Shown one piece after another: positions 51,450-61,361 of a DNA stretch of 64,000 bases. The position numbers and the translations under genes were made by a program. Source of the DNA: an uncultured Gemmatimonadales bacterium (GTDB lineage Bacteria; Gemmatimonadota; Gemmatimonadetes; Gemmatimonadales; Gemmatimonadaceae); NCBI GenBank assembly GCA_963793305.1, contig CAWBZV010000003.1, positions 1,312,001-1,376,000 of the forward strand, read 5' to 3'. The notes below the pieces were generated by a model that was not told the origin of the DNA, made no database searches, and worked only from the letters and a program-made list of their open reading frames with translations. The first letter of the stretch is position 1. Every line of letters starts with the position of its first letter.

Positions 51450-52334
51450 CTACGGCGAGACCGGCTGGCTACCAGTGAACGTGCCGCCGTCTTGGAGGTA
51501 GCGCCAGCTCCCGTTCGCCTCGCGCTTCCAGATCGACAGGTACTGCCCATAGAAGAAGGTGCTGGGGCCGATGAAGACGTACGGTCCGGCCGTGTACGCG
51601 AGATCGTTGCTCGACGCCACATCGGCCAGCGTCGGGGTCCAGCTGAGCACCTGGTTGATCGTTGTCCCGTTGTAGTACGCGCGGATCGCCGTCTTCCCGT
51701 ACACGAAATCCGCGCCGGTTTGGATCCCGAACGTGTCGGCGTACATCGTGAACGACGAATCCTGTCCGACGTAGACGGACAGATCCGAGAACGCCTGGTC
51801 GGTCGCCAGCACGCTCGACGAAGATGTGTACGAGGGGCTCGTGGCAGTCGTCGGCGTCATGTATGGTCCCGTCGGAGCAGTCGGCGTCGCCGACCCGGGT
51901 GCCATCATCCAGGCCTCGACTTTCCAGGCGCCGTTGATGCGCCGCCAGAACGCGATGTACAGCAGCGGCTGCGTCCCCGGCCCCAGTATCGTATCGCCGG
52001 CCGGGTCGACCTGCGTGGCCGCGCCATAGCTGTAGCCGACATCGCCCGCCGACGACACGTCGACAAAAAACGACTTCCAGGTGAGCGAGTATCCAGGGGT
52101 CGTGTACAGCGCCGTCAACGTCGCTTTGATGTTGGCTCGGCCAACGATGATCGGTAGACCGGTCTGCTCATAGATCGCGCTGTCCGCGAATCCGGATGCA
52201 AACCCGAAACCGGTGGTCGAGAGCGCCGAGTCGGCCGACCTGAGCGCCGCCCGCGCGCTGTTCAAATCGACGTGGGTGGGCGACGTGGAGGAAGCACACG
52301 CGCTCACGACTAATGTCAGTGCAAGAATACGCAT
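51450..52334 (-). CDS. lipoprotein with tandem NTF2-like (DUF4440) domains
   Basis: Lipobox VSAC; two SxxGD(V/L)xY(S/T)xG ... Y...W(R/K)R..GxW units. Confidence 0.82.
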   Translation of the reverse strand: MRILALTLVVSACASSTSPTHVDLNSARAALRSADSALSTTGFGFASGFADSAIYEQTGLPIIVGRANIKATLTALYTTPGYSLTWKSFFVDVSSAGDVGYSYGAATQVDPAGDTILGPGTQPLLYIAFWRRINGAWKVEAWMMAPGSATPTAPTGPYMTPTTATSPSYTSSSSVLATDQAFSDLSVYVGQDSSFTMYADTFGIQTGADFVYGKTAIRAYYNGTTINQVLSWTPTLADVASSNDLAYTAGPYVFIGPSTFFYGQYLSIWKREANGSWRYLQDGGTFTGSQPVSP

Positions 52335-52475
52335 GGCCGGGACGCTACGCGCCCGGCCAATGCGCGCCTACGATACGGTGATCACTCGCACCTGAACGAT
52401 GATCAACGGCGAGCCCAACGACGGCGACCGATCACAGGCGACCGGATCAGCGGCGAGCGAGCCGCGCAGCGGCCG

Positions 52476-53360
52476 CTACGCCGAGTAGATCGACCCTTCG
52501 GCAACCAGCACCGAAGCGCCACCGACGCGCACTCCGGTGACGGCGCCATCGCCCGCCGTATCCACCTCGACTTCGAGCATACTCGGCCGCCCCATATCGA
52601 CGCCTTGCTCGACCCGAATAGTCGACGTTGACCCGCGTGCCGTCCGCCCATGCCACGCCAGATATCCGCCCAGCGAAGCGCAGGCCGATCCAGTTGCGGG
52701 ATCCTCTTTCATCTCGGGATCCAACGCAAACATTCGCGCATGCACTCTCGCGCCGTCATCCCAGAAGACAAACGCCTCGCTGGTCCTGAACAGATCAGCC
52801 CGAGGTTTCGCATCGCGCAGCGCCTCGCGGGAGCGCACCGGCACCATGAGAAAGGGAACGCCGCACGACACGGTCTGGAGCGCGTTCTCCTCGTGGACGA
52901 TGTCGTCGGGCGACAGCGATAGCATTGCGGCGACCGCGGCAACGGGCGGCGGCGCCGCGCCGAGCGTCGGGAGTTGCGCGACGCTCAGTTGGGTGAACCG
53001 CGGCACCCCATCGCGCGAGTGAATGGTCACCGGGACGAGCCCGATCCCCTCCTCGAACACGATGCGCGTCTCGGCCGTCGGCGTCGCGATCTCACCGAGC
53101 GCGGCCAGCACGAACGCCGCGCCGACGGTGGGGTGTCCCGCGAACGGCAGCTCACGCCCGGGCGTGAAGATGTGCAGCCGTCGCGTATTCGCCGGATCCG
53201 CCGGCGGAAGCACGAACACGGTCTCCGACAGGTTGAACTCGCGCGCCAATGTCGCCATCTGAGTACCGGTGAGCCCACGCGCGTCCGGGAATACCGCGAG
53301 CGGATTCCCGCCGAACCGCCGCTGCGTGAACACATTGGCCGTGTGAAACCGATACTTCAT
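52476..53360 (-). CDS. PhzF-family isomerase/epimerase
   Basis: [43 protein letters not shown]. Confidence 0.92.
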   Translation of the reverse strand: MKYRFHTANVFTQRRFGGNPLAVFPDARGLTGTQMATLAREFNLSETVFVLPPADPANTRRLHIFTPGRELPFAGHPTVGAAFVLAALGEIATPTAETRIVFEEGIGLVPVTIHSRDGVPRFTQLSVAQLPTLGAAPPPVAAVAAMLSLSPDDIVHEENALQTVSCGVPFLMVPVRSREALRDAKPRADLFRTSEAFVFWDDGARVHARMFALDPEMKEDPATGSACASLGGYLAWHGRTARGSTSTIRVEQGVDMGRPSMLEVEVDTAGDGAVTGVRVGGASVLVAEGSIYSA

Positions 53361-54985
53361 GCCTCGGCCATGAACGGATACCGCCAATCCGTCGGCGGTA
53401 CGAACGTCTCTTTGATGGATCGGGCACTGATCCACCGGACAAGGTTCAGCTTCGAGCCAGCCTTGTCATTCGTGCCCGATCCTCTGGCGCCACCAAACGG
53501 CTGCTGCCCCACGACGGCGCCCGTCGGCTTGTCGTTGATATAAAAATTCCCGGCCGCCTGCCTGAGCGCCTGCGACGCCTCGCGCACCGCCACCCGATCC
53601 CTCGCAAACACGGCGCCAGTCAGCGCGTAGGGCGACGTGCGATCGATCAGACTCAACGTCTCGCGCCATTTCGCATCCGGATACGGGTGCACGGTGACGA
53701 CCGGCCCGAACACCTCCTCGCACATGAGGCGATACCCAGGATCCGCCGTCTCGACCAGCGTCGGCTCGATAAACCACCCGGTCTCGCCGTGCGCACCACC
53801 GCCCTGGACGATCGTCGCGTTCTTCTTCGCATCGTCGAGATATCCGCTGATCTTGGCGAATGCCTTCTTGTCGATGACCGCGCCCATGAAATTGCGAAAA
53901 TCCCGCACATCGCCCATGCGAATCTCCCGCATGATGGCAACCGTCCGCTCTTTCACCTCGGGCCATAGAGACGCCGGCACGTACACGCGGCTGGGCGCCG
54001 AGCATTTCTGTCCTTGGTACTCATATCCCCCCCGAGCAATCGCTACCGCGAGTGCCTGGGGATCGGCCGAGACATGGGCCAGAATGAAGTCTTTTCCGCC
54101 GGTCTCGCCGACGATGCGTGGGTATGACTTGTAAGCACCGCGCGCCGAATGACTGCCGATCGTGTTCCAGAAAGAGTTGAACACCCCGGTGCTCCCGGTG
54201 AAATGCACACCGGCGAGATCGCGGTGCCCCAGCGCGACCTGGGAGATCATGACCGCATCGCCCGAGACCAAGTTGATGACGCCCGGGGGAAGCCCCGCCT
54301 TTTCGAGCACTTGGAGTATGTACCAGGCCGATGGCATCGCACTCGATGCGGGTTTCCAGACGACGGTATTGCCCATGAGCGCCGGCGCCGTCGGCAGATT
54401 CCCGGCGATCGACGTGAAGTTGAACGGCGTGATGGCATACACGAACCCTTCCAGCGGCCGCAGATCGAGCTGATTCCACATGGACCGGTCGGAAATCGGC
54501 TGGTCGCCCGCCAACTCATCGGCATAGAACGGATTGAACCGCCAGAAGTCGATGAGCTCGGCCGCCGAGTCGATCTCAGCCTGGTGCGCGGTCTTCGACT
54601 GCCCCAGCATAGTCGCCGCGTTCACCGTCGCCCGATCGGTGGTCGCCAACAGCTCGGCGGCCTTGAGGAAGACCGCGGAGCGCTCCTGCTGGCTCCAGCC
54701 GCTCCACTCCCGGTGGGCCTCTCCCGCGGCTGCTATCGCCTGTTCCACGTCCTCCCGGCGGGCCTGGTGCCAGTCGGCGAGGACGTGTTGGTGGTCGTGT
54801 GGCATGGTCGCGTGGGCGACCTCGCCGCTCCGCACGCGCTCGCCACCGATCACGAGCGGAATGTCGGGTCGCTCTCCGGCCATGGAAGCCAGCCGGGCCT
54901 TTAGTTCTACCCGTTCCGGAGAGCCTGGAGCATAACTCTTGACAAGCTCATTTACGGGACGAGGGACTCGAGCAGATTGAGACAT
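53357..54985 (-). CDS. pruA: L-glutamate gamma-semialdehyde (P5C) dehydrogenase
   Basis: RPLEGFV.AITPFNFT, HFTGST, GETGGKDF, EYQGQKCSA, NDKPTGAVVGQQPFGG. Confidence 0.95.
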   Translation of the reverse strand: MSQSARVPRPVNELVKSYAPGSPERVELKARLASMAGERPDIPLVIGGERVRSGEVAHATMPHDHQHVLADWHQARREDVEQAIAAAGEAHREWSGWSQQERSAVFLKAAELLATTDRATVNAATMLGQSKTAHQAEIDSAAELIDFWRFNPFYADELAGDQPISDRSMWNQLDLRPLEGFVYAITPFNFTSIAGNLPTAPALMGNTVVWKPASSAMPSAWYILQVLEKAGLPPGVINLVSGDAVMISQVALGHRDLAGVHFTGSTGVFNSFWNTIGSHSARGAYKSYPRIVGETGGKDFILAHVSADPQALAVAIARGGYEYQGQKCSAPSRVYVPASLWPEVKERTVAIMREIRMGDVRDFRNFMGAVIDKKAFAKISGYLDDAKKNATIVQGGGAHGETGWFIEPTLVETADPGYRLMCEEVFGPVVTVHPYPDAKWRETLSLIDRTSPYALTGAVFARDRVAVREASQALRQAAGNFYINDKPTGAVVGQQPFGGARGSGTNDKAGSKLNLVRWISARSIKETFVPPTDWRYPFMAEA

Positions 54986-55760
54986 GGTGCGGAAAATAAC
55001 GCGGACGATCGTATGTATGGTCTGGCTCGTTGGCTGCAGACAACCGCCGCCGGTCCGATGGGACGGGCCAGCGGTGTCGCGCGGGCCAACTGAGCCTGTT
55101 CCCCCACTCAAAGTCCATCCAGAGCGTCATCAGTGCAAAGCGACGGTCCGATTTGCGGTCGGCGGTGATAGTCTCGTTTATGCCGCGTGGTGGACCGTGC
55201 GTCCGGATTCGAGCGCTCTGTTACGAATCGCGCGATCGGCTGACGGCGGGAAGCGTTGGGACGCCGCGGTAACGGCCGAAGAGCGCGATCGATCGGTGAT
55301 GGGTTGCTCGCGTCCCGCTCCCGCAATCGCTTACGACGCTGACAGTGGATATGTGCATTTGGCATACTACCTCGAGCCACCCGAAGGCTCCGGCATTTTT
55401 TATGAACATCTCATGAAAGGGATGTTTCACGCACCCCTCGTGATCGTCTACGGCGAGAGGCCAGTAGCCGCGGCCGTCTCCGCAGCAGGCGACACGGTTG
55501 TCGTCGCGTACGAGGACCCGAATCGCCGCACGCCGCAGGTCATGCTGGCCATCTCCTATACCGCCGGGCACTTGTTCGAGACGCGGGTGAGCGCCTCTGG
55601 CGATGATGTAGATGCGCGCGCGCCGGATGTGCGCTTGAGAGGTGGGCGGGTCGTCGTAGGGTGGTACGAGACGGGCGTCGGCCGGGGTGACGAGGACAGT
55701 GCACCCAGCGTGGGCGCCGAGCCGGTGCAACGGCAGGGTGTTCTGACGGGGGGCCGATGA
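54984..55760 (+). CDS. hypothetical lipoprotein with BNR/Asp-box repeat
   Basis: LVGC lipobox; ARSADGGKRW Asp-box. Confidence 0.65.
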   Translation: MVRKITRTIVCMVWLVGCRQPPPVRWDGPAVSRGPTEPVPPLKVHPERHQCKATVRFAVGGDSLVYAAWWTVRPDSSALLRIARSADGGKRWDAAVTAEERDRSVMGCSRPAPAIAYDADSGYVHLAYYLEPPEGSGIFYEHLMKGMFHAPLVIVYGERPVAAAVSAAGDTVVVAYEDPNRRTPQVMLAISYTAGHLFETRVSASGDDVDARAPDVRLRGGRVVVGWYETGVGRGDEDSAPSVGAEPVQRQGVLTGGR

Positions 55761-56428
55761 AGATTCTGGTGGCGGACGACGACGAAGCGATGCGGGACTT
55801 GGTCGAGGCCGTGCTGACCAGCGCGGGCCATTCCGTCGTCACCGCCGCCGACGGCCTCGAGGCGTGGGCCGCATTCGAGCGGGAGGCGCCGGAGCTGCTC
55901 GTCCTCGACTGGCAGATGCCGGGGCTGTCGGGCGTCGATCTGTGCGAGAAGGTCAGACGGTCGCCCGCTGGGCAGCACACGTTCATCCTCATGGCGACGG
56001 CCCGGGGCGCGACGGATGATCTCCGCCGCGTGCTCGCCGCCGGAGCGGATGACTATCTCTCGAAACCGCTCACGCCCGAGACGCTGGCCACGCGCATCAC
56101 CATTGCCGAGCGCCACATGGCGGTCGATCTCGAGCGCCGCCAGGCGGTCGACGCGCTGCAGCGCGCGCAGTGGCTGGCCGGTATTGGCGAGACGGCGATC
56201 GCCATCCAGCACGAGGTGAACAACCCGCTGACCGCGCTCCTGGGCAACGTCGCCCTCCTCGAGGACAACACGATGACCGCCGAGGAACGGGCGCAGTGTC
56301 TCCGCACCATTGCCGAGCAAGCCGTCCGTATCGGGGCCGTCGTGCGACGGCTGTCCAACCTGCGTGATCCACGCTCCGTCGAGTACATCCGGGGCTCCCG
56401 TATGATCGATCTCTCGGAGAAATCGTAG
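55757..56428 (+). CDS. response regulator with C-terminal HisKA domain (no ATPase domain)
   Basis: ILVADDD, LDWQMP, GADDYLSKP, then HEVNNPLT; ends before any HATPase_c. Confidence 0.85.
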   Translation: MKILVADDDEAMRDLVEAVLTSAGHSVVTAADGLEAWAAFEREAPELLVLDWQMPGLSGVDLCEKVRRSPAGQHTFILMATARGATDDLRRVLAAGADDYLSKPLTPETLATRITIAERHMAVDLERRQAVDALQRAQWLAGIGETAIAIQHEVNNPLTALLGNVALLEDNTMTAEERAQCLRTIAEQAVRIGAVVRRLSNLRDPRSVEYIRGSRMIDLSEKS

Positions 56429-56518
56429 GTCTCCACTCTTGCGCGTACTCTGGGGTGATGTAGTTTGCACCCGCATTACAGGGATATTCGTTACCTCACT
56501 TCCCCGGAGACACGCTCG

Positions 56519-56872
56519 ATGGCCATAGCCAAAAAGAAGGCCAAGAAAGCCGCGAAGAAGAAAGCCGCCAAGCGTCCCGCCGCGAAGAAGCGTCCGGCGA
56601 AGAAAGCGTCGAAACGCAAGCCGAATGCGGCGTTCATGAAGCCGATGCAGCCAAGCGCCCAACTCGCCCTGGTCGTCGGCAATACGCCAATGCCGCGGAC
56701 CGAGGTGACGAAGAAGCTGTGGCAATATATTAAGAGAAAGGGCCTGCAGGATGCGAAAGAACGGCGTATGATCAATGCCGACGACGCCTTGAAGCCGATC
56801 TTCAATGGGAAGGCGAAGGTGTCGATGTTCGACATGACAAAGCTGGTCAATAAGCATCTCAAGGACGCGTAA
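56519..56872 (+). CDS. SWIB/MDM2-domain protein with Lys/Ala-rich histone-like N-terminus
   Basis: AKKKAKKAAKKK... tail; PNAAFMKP, PRTEVTKKLWQYIK..GLQD, INAD..LK. Confidence 0.92.
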   Translation: MAIAKKKAKKAAKKKAAKRPAAKKRPAKKASKRKPNAAFMKPMQPSAQLALVVGNTPMPRTEVTKKLWQYIKRKGLQDAKERRMINADDALKPIFNGKAKVSMFDMTKLVNKHLKDA

Positions 56873-56941
56873 ATTGGCACGGGTGTGAGAGCGCTCGGCA
56901 TCTACGCTCGTCGGGCGCTCTCCCTATAATCCGGCCGCTCC

Positions 56942-57691
56942 GTGTCCAAGCCCCGCAAACGTTCCACGCTGGAAAGCGCCAAGAGCCTGATCGGCGCGCT
57001 GCTCGTTTTTTTCTTCATCAGGCTCTTCATCGTCGAAGCGTATCGGATCCCCACGGGGAGCATGATCCCGACGCTGCTCGTCGGCGACTGGCTGTTTGTG
57101 AACAAGCTGGTCTACGGCCCGCATATCCCCTTCACCGACATCCTGCTGCCGGGCTACTCGAGCCCACACCATGGCAATGTCGTCGTGTTCAAGTCGCCGA
57201 ACCAGATCGACCAGCCCGAAGATCCCAATCCAACGCTCGTCAAGCGCCTGCAGGGAGAGCCCGGCGACACCCTGTACATGCGCAATGGGATCTTGTACGT
57301 GAACGGCGTGCCGAGGCCGCAAGGCCCCGGGTTCAACACGCAGTATGATCCGAACGACCTGGCGGATCCCATGTCGCCGCCGACAGAGGCGAGTCCGCTC
57401 TTCGTCTGGCAAAAGCCATTTCAGATCAAGAATTCGCGATTCGGGCCGCCACCGGATACGATCACCCACGACACCTGGGGGCCGATCGTCGTCCCGCCCA
57501 AGCATTACTTCATGATGGGCGACAATCGGTACCGGTCGAAGGACAGCCGGTACTGGGGATTTGTCCCCCGCGTCAACATCCGCGGCCAGCCGATGTTCAT
57601 CTACTACTCGTACGACACCGACGCCGGCCTCGATTATTTCCGCGCGATCACCGAGATTCGCTGGAGGCGCCTCGGACATTGGGTGAAGTAA
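56942..57691 (+). CDS. lepB: signal peptidase I
   Basis: IPTGSMIPTLLVGD, LVKR..G.PGD, YFMMGDNR..SKDSRYWG. Confidence 0.95.
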   Translation: MSKPRKRSTLESAKSLIGALLVFFFIRLFIVEAYRIPTGSMIPTLLVGDWLFVNKLVYGPHIPFTDILLPGYSSPHHGNVVVFKSPNQIDQPEDPNPTLVKRLQGEPGDTLYMRNGILYVNGVPRPQGPGFNTQYDPNDLADPMSPPTEASPLFVWQKPFQIKNSRFGPPPDTITHDTWGPIVVPPKHYFMMGDNRYRSKDSRYWGFVPRVNIRGQPMFIYYSYDTDAGLDYFRAITEIRWRRLGHWVK

Positions 57692-57728
57692 CGAGTAGCG
57701 TGGTGGCATCTTAAGCGTCTTTCGGTCA

Positions 57729-60527
57729 GTGACTGACCAATCAGCTCAACGGATGGTTGACGTTCTCCGGCGTACGCCCTTGCTCGTGGGCGTCGTCGTC
57801 GCGGCCGTGTGCGCCGGCGCGTCGCAACTCGCGCCTGGGCTGACACCGATCGCGTGGCTCGTCTATCCCGCGCTGATTGCCGGCGCTGCCGGACAGCTTG
57901 GCTGGCACCGCCGCGCCCGGCGCCGCGAGCTGGCACTCGATATCTCGCTCCTCGTCTGCGCCGCGACCGTCGTCGGCATCACCCTGTCGTATGCGATACC
58001 GCCGTTGCCAGGCGTGAGCGCCGGCTGGACGATCGTCCACCGCGCGCTCCCGATCCTGTTCCTGTCGCTGTTGGCGCTCCTCCTGGCCTCGCGCGGGAGC
58101 GGGGTAGGTCGTGCGGGTGGCCTGAGCTTGGGTCTCGCCGCGATCGCGGTGTCGGTGGGGTCAGAGGTCCAAGCCGTTCGCGCGCCGGCCGCCGGCGTGG
58201 CGCTCATCGCCTTTGCGCTGGCCGCCCGCTGGATTGTGCGCGCGCGCGGGGTCCACCCGCCTCCGCCGGGACGGGAGATCACGGGGTCATCGACCGTGCG
58301 GGCCCGGTTCATCATCATCGCGACCGGCGTCGTCTCGATCGCGACGTTCGTCCTCGGGTTCCGCGGCGAGTCGAGCCCGGCGCTGGCGGTCGCCGTGTCC
58401 CTGTTCGTCGCGCTGTTGGCGGCGCGGGCGACCCGTTCGCTCTCCGCGCAGACGGAACAGGCGACGCTCCTCGCCAGAAGCGTCGAGGCCGAGCGCGCGC
58501 TGTCGTCGACATTGGAGCAGCGGATCGCCGAGCGGAGTGGGGAGCTGGCGAACGCCGAACGGGTGCTCGAGCGCATGTGGATGCTCGGTCAGCACGTCGC
58601 GCTGGAGCTCAATCCCACGCGCGTGCTGGAGCGGTTTCTCGAAGCGGTCATGGACGTGGCGCACGCCGAGGGCGGGACCGTCGCCCTCGTGATCGACGAT
58701 ACGAAATACCGGATCGCCGCGGCGGCCGGCATTCTCGCCCAGTTCGACGGCGCGATTTTCTATAGCGATTCGGCCAACGGGCGCGTGATTCAGACCGGCC
58801 GCACGCTCGCGGTCGACGACCTGGCGATGCATCCCGGCCTGATCAGCGAGTCGGTCGCCAAGGCCGTGCCGCAGATGCGGTCGCTGGTCATCGTCCCGCT
58901 GCAACGGCGCGGCGAACGCATCGGCGCCGTCGGCCTGGGCTCCTCCGCCGTCCGCGCGTTCTCGCCGGACGACATCTCGCGGGTCGAGGCCATGTCGGAT
59001 ATGCTGTCGGTGGCGTTGGCCAATGCCGACTTGGTCCAGGATCTCCGGCAGGCCGAGCTGCGATTCCGCACGCTGTTCCGCGCCGCGCCGGATGCGGTGC
59101 TCACCGTCCAACTCGGCGGCCGGGTCGTCGAGGCGAACGACTACGTGCGCGAGCTCGTCGGCCTGGATCCGACGAAGCGCGATCTCATGGATTTCATCGC
59201 ACCGAAAGACCAGCGACGGCTGCGCGAGGCGCTGACCGCGGCGTTCGGCAATCTGCCGGCGCGTCTCGAGGTCAACGTCGTGCGGCCGGCGGGCGAGTCC
59301 CGCGCGGTCTCGATCGCCGCTCGTCGGTTGCCGGAGACCGACCCGCCGACGTTGCTCATCATCGGGCGCGATATGACCGGCGAGCGGGAAATGCGCGCCC
59401 GGTTGATGGAAACCGAGCGTCTGGCCGCGGTGGGCGAGCTCGTCGCCGGTGTCGCGCACGAGGTGAATAACCCGCTCTCGAGCATCAGCGCGTTCGCCCA
59501 ATTATTGCTGCGCGAGGAAGGACTGACCCCGCAGCAGCGCGAGTCGATCGATGTGATTCGGTCGGAGACCGGACGGGCGAGTCAGGTCGTTCGCGACCTG
59601 TTGGCGTTCGCCCGTCGGAGCGCGCCACAGCGCGAGCCGCTCGATCTCAATCAAGTGGTCGAGCGCACGATTCGCCTGCGCAACTATCAGCTCACGTCCA
59701 GCGGCATTCACGTCGTGCTGGAGCTCTCGCCGGACATTCCCGCGATTCATGGCGATGCGAGACAGCTGCAACAAGTCGTGCTGAATCTCGTCACCAACGC
59801 GATTCAGGCGATGGCGAACATTGGCGGCGGGACCCTCTCGATCGCCACGCGCGCCGATCGCAATCGGGTCGTGCTCAATGTCGCCGATACGGGACCGGGC
59901 ATCCCGCCGGACACCCGCGCGAGGATTTTCGAGCCGTTCTTTACGACCAAACCAGAGGGTGAGGGGACGGGATTGGGACTGTCCGTCTCGTACGGCATTG
60001 TCATCGCCCATGGCGGAACGATTACGCTCGTCGACAGTGCGAGCGGCGCACGCTTCGTGGTGTCGATTCCGTCGATCAACGAGCGCCCCGAGCGCCATGT
60101 GAGTGCCGAAATACCGGTGTATACCGCGCGATCCCCGCTGGCCGGGATGACGGTATTGTTTGTGGACGACGAGGCCACTTTGCGCCACGGATTCGAAGCC
60201 TTTGGCAAACTCCGCGGGTTTGGCGTGGTATCTGCGTCCGATGCGGGAGCGGCCCTGCATGTCGTGCGCGAGGGCGAACCGCGCGTCGATATCGTGGTGA
60301 CGGACCTGCGCATGCCCGGGGTCGATGGGGTAGGCTTGTATCACTCGCTCGTCGCCGAGCGACCGGGATTGGCCGCGCGGACGGTGTTCATCACCGGCAA
60401 TGTGGTGACGATGAGCGATCGCATGGTGGAACGGCCGACATTAACGAAGCCGTTCAGTTTCGAGCGATTGGAGGAGACTCTCGTGGGCGTGCTGTCTGTT
60501 GCGGCCGGCGACGACTCCATAGGTTAG
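57729..60527 (+). CDS. membrane hybrid histidine kinase (GAF-PAS-HisKA-HATPase-REC)
   Basis: TM N-terminus; AHEVNNPL, QVVLNLVTNA, FEPFFTTK..GTGLGLS, VLFVDDE, DLRMP. Confidence 0.9.
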   Translation: MTDQSAQRMVDVLRRTPLLVGVVVAAVCAGASQLAPGLTPIAWLVYPALIAGAAGQLGWHRRARRRELALDISLLVCAATVVGITLSYAIPPLPGVSAGWTIVHRALPILFLSLLALLLASRGSGVGRAGGLSLGLAAIAVSVGSEVQAVRAPAAGVALIAFALAARWIVRARGVHPPPPGREITGSSTVRARFIIIATGVVSIATFVLGFRGESSPALAVAVSLFVALLAARATRSLSAQTEQATLLARSVEAERALSSTLEQRIAERSGELANAERVLERMWMLGQHVALELNPTRVLERFLEAVMDVAHAEGGTVALVIDDTKYRIAAAAGILAQFDGAIFYSDSANGRVIQTGRTLAVDDLAMHPGLISESVAKAVPQMRSLVIVPLQRRGERIGAVGLGSSAVRAFSPDDISRVEAMSDMLSVALANADLVQDLRQAELRFRTLFRAAPDAVLTVQLGGRVVEANDYVRELVGLDPTKRDLMDFIAPKDQRRLREALTAAFGNLPARLEVNVVRPAGESRAVSIAARRLPETDPPTLLIIGRDMTGEREMRARLMETERLAAVGELVAGVAHEVNNPLSSISAFAQLLLREEGLTPQQRESIDVIRSETGRASQVVRDLLAFARRSAPQREPLDLNQVVERTIRLRNYQLTSSGIHVVLELSPDIPAIHGDARQLQQVVLNLVTNAIQAMANIGGGTLSIATRADRNRVVLNVADTGPGIPPDTRARIFEPFFTTKPEGEGTGLGLSVSYGIVIAHGGTITLVDSASGARFVVSIPSINERPERHVSAEIPVYTARSPLAGMTVLFVDDEATLRHGFEAFGKLRGFGVVSASDAGAALHVVREGEPRVDIVVTDLRMPGVDGVGLYHSLVAERPGLAARTVFITGNVVTMSDRMVERPTLTKPFSFERLEETLVGVLSVAAGDDSIG

Positions 60528-60530
60528 GAG

Positions 60531-61067
60531 ATGCCGGAGTTCTTCCCGCGGCGCACCATCGTGTGGCGACTCGAACGGACCAATCCGTTCCGGACGCTCA
60601 CGCTCTCGACGGCGGAGATGGGTCTCCTCACCGGGATCGTGTTGCGTCTCGTGCGCGCGTTGATCATTCCGCACACACCGGAATCGACGGCATGGCTCTA
60701 CTGGGTGTTCGTCGGCCTCGTGCTGTGCGGCGCCGCGGTGCTGCATCTGTCGAACTACACCGTGCGCCACTGGATCTGGCGCGCGCCCGCGTTCGCGGCC
60801 TCGGTCGCCGCCGGCGAGGCGCTCACGAGTCTCGTGCTCATCGCGGTGCACCGCGAGCCATTCGGCACCGGCCGCGCGACATTCATCGATTGGCCGCAAA
60901 TGGCGGTGAACTCGCTCGCCATCACCTCGGCCGTCATCTGCGCCTTCGCCGCACTGCTCGCCGTCGTCGTGCAAATTGTCCGCTATTTGTTATTGCTGAG
61001 TGAGCACCGCGCCCATACCGTCGGCGCGATTCATGCTGAGCGTGCGCGCGACGAAGAGCACGGTTAG
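60531..61067 (+). CDS. hypothetical membrane protein
   Basis: AGGAG directly upstream; about four hydrophobic helices. Confidence 0.7.
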   Translation: MPEFFPRRTIVWRLERTNPFRTLTLSTAEMGLLTGIVLRLVRALIIPHTPESTAWLYWVFVGLVLCGAAVLHLSNYTVRHWIWRAPAFAASVAAGEALTSLVLIAVHREPFGTGRATFIDWPQMAVNSLAITSAVICAFAALLAVVVQIVRYLLLLSEHRAHTVGAIHAERARDEEHG

Positions 61068-61076
61068 TTTTCTAGC

Positions 61077-61361
61077 ATGGCCCGTGCGACTTGGAAAGGA
61101 ACGGTCCTCGCCGAGAGCGACCGCATAGAGATCGTCGAAGGCAACGTGTATTTCCCGCCCGATGCCGTGAAGCGGGAGCACGTGCGACAGAGCGGCACTC
61201 ACTCGACGTGTCCGTGGAAGGGCGAGGCGAGCTACTACGACGTCGTCGTGAATGGCGAGACGAACCGCGACGCGGCGTGGTACTATCCGGCGCCGAAGAG
61301 CGCCGCCGCCAATATCCTCAACCACGTGGCATTCTGGCGAGGCGTCACCGTCGAACGTTAG
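61077..61361 (+). CDS. DUF427-family protein
   Basis: VEGNVYFPP, CPWKGEASYY, DAAWYY..P, HVAFW. Confidence 0.92.
   Translation: MARATWKGTVLAESDRIEIVEGNVYFPPDAVKREHVRQSGTHSTCPWKGEASYYDVVVNGETNRDAAWYYPAPKSAAANILNHVAFWRGVTVER

Noticed and set aside
52476..53360. Phenazine biosynthesis cluster
   Set aside because: Only a lone PhzF-family gene; no phzA/B/D/E/G.
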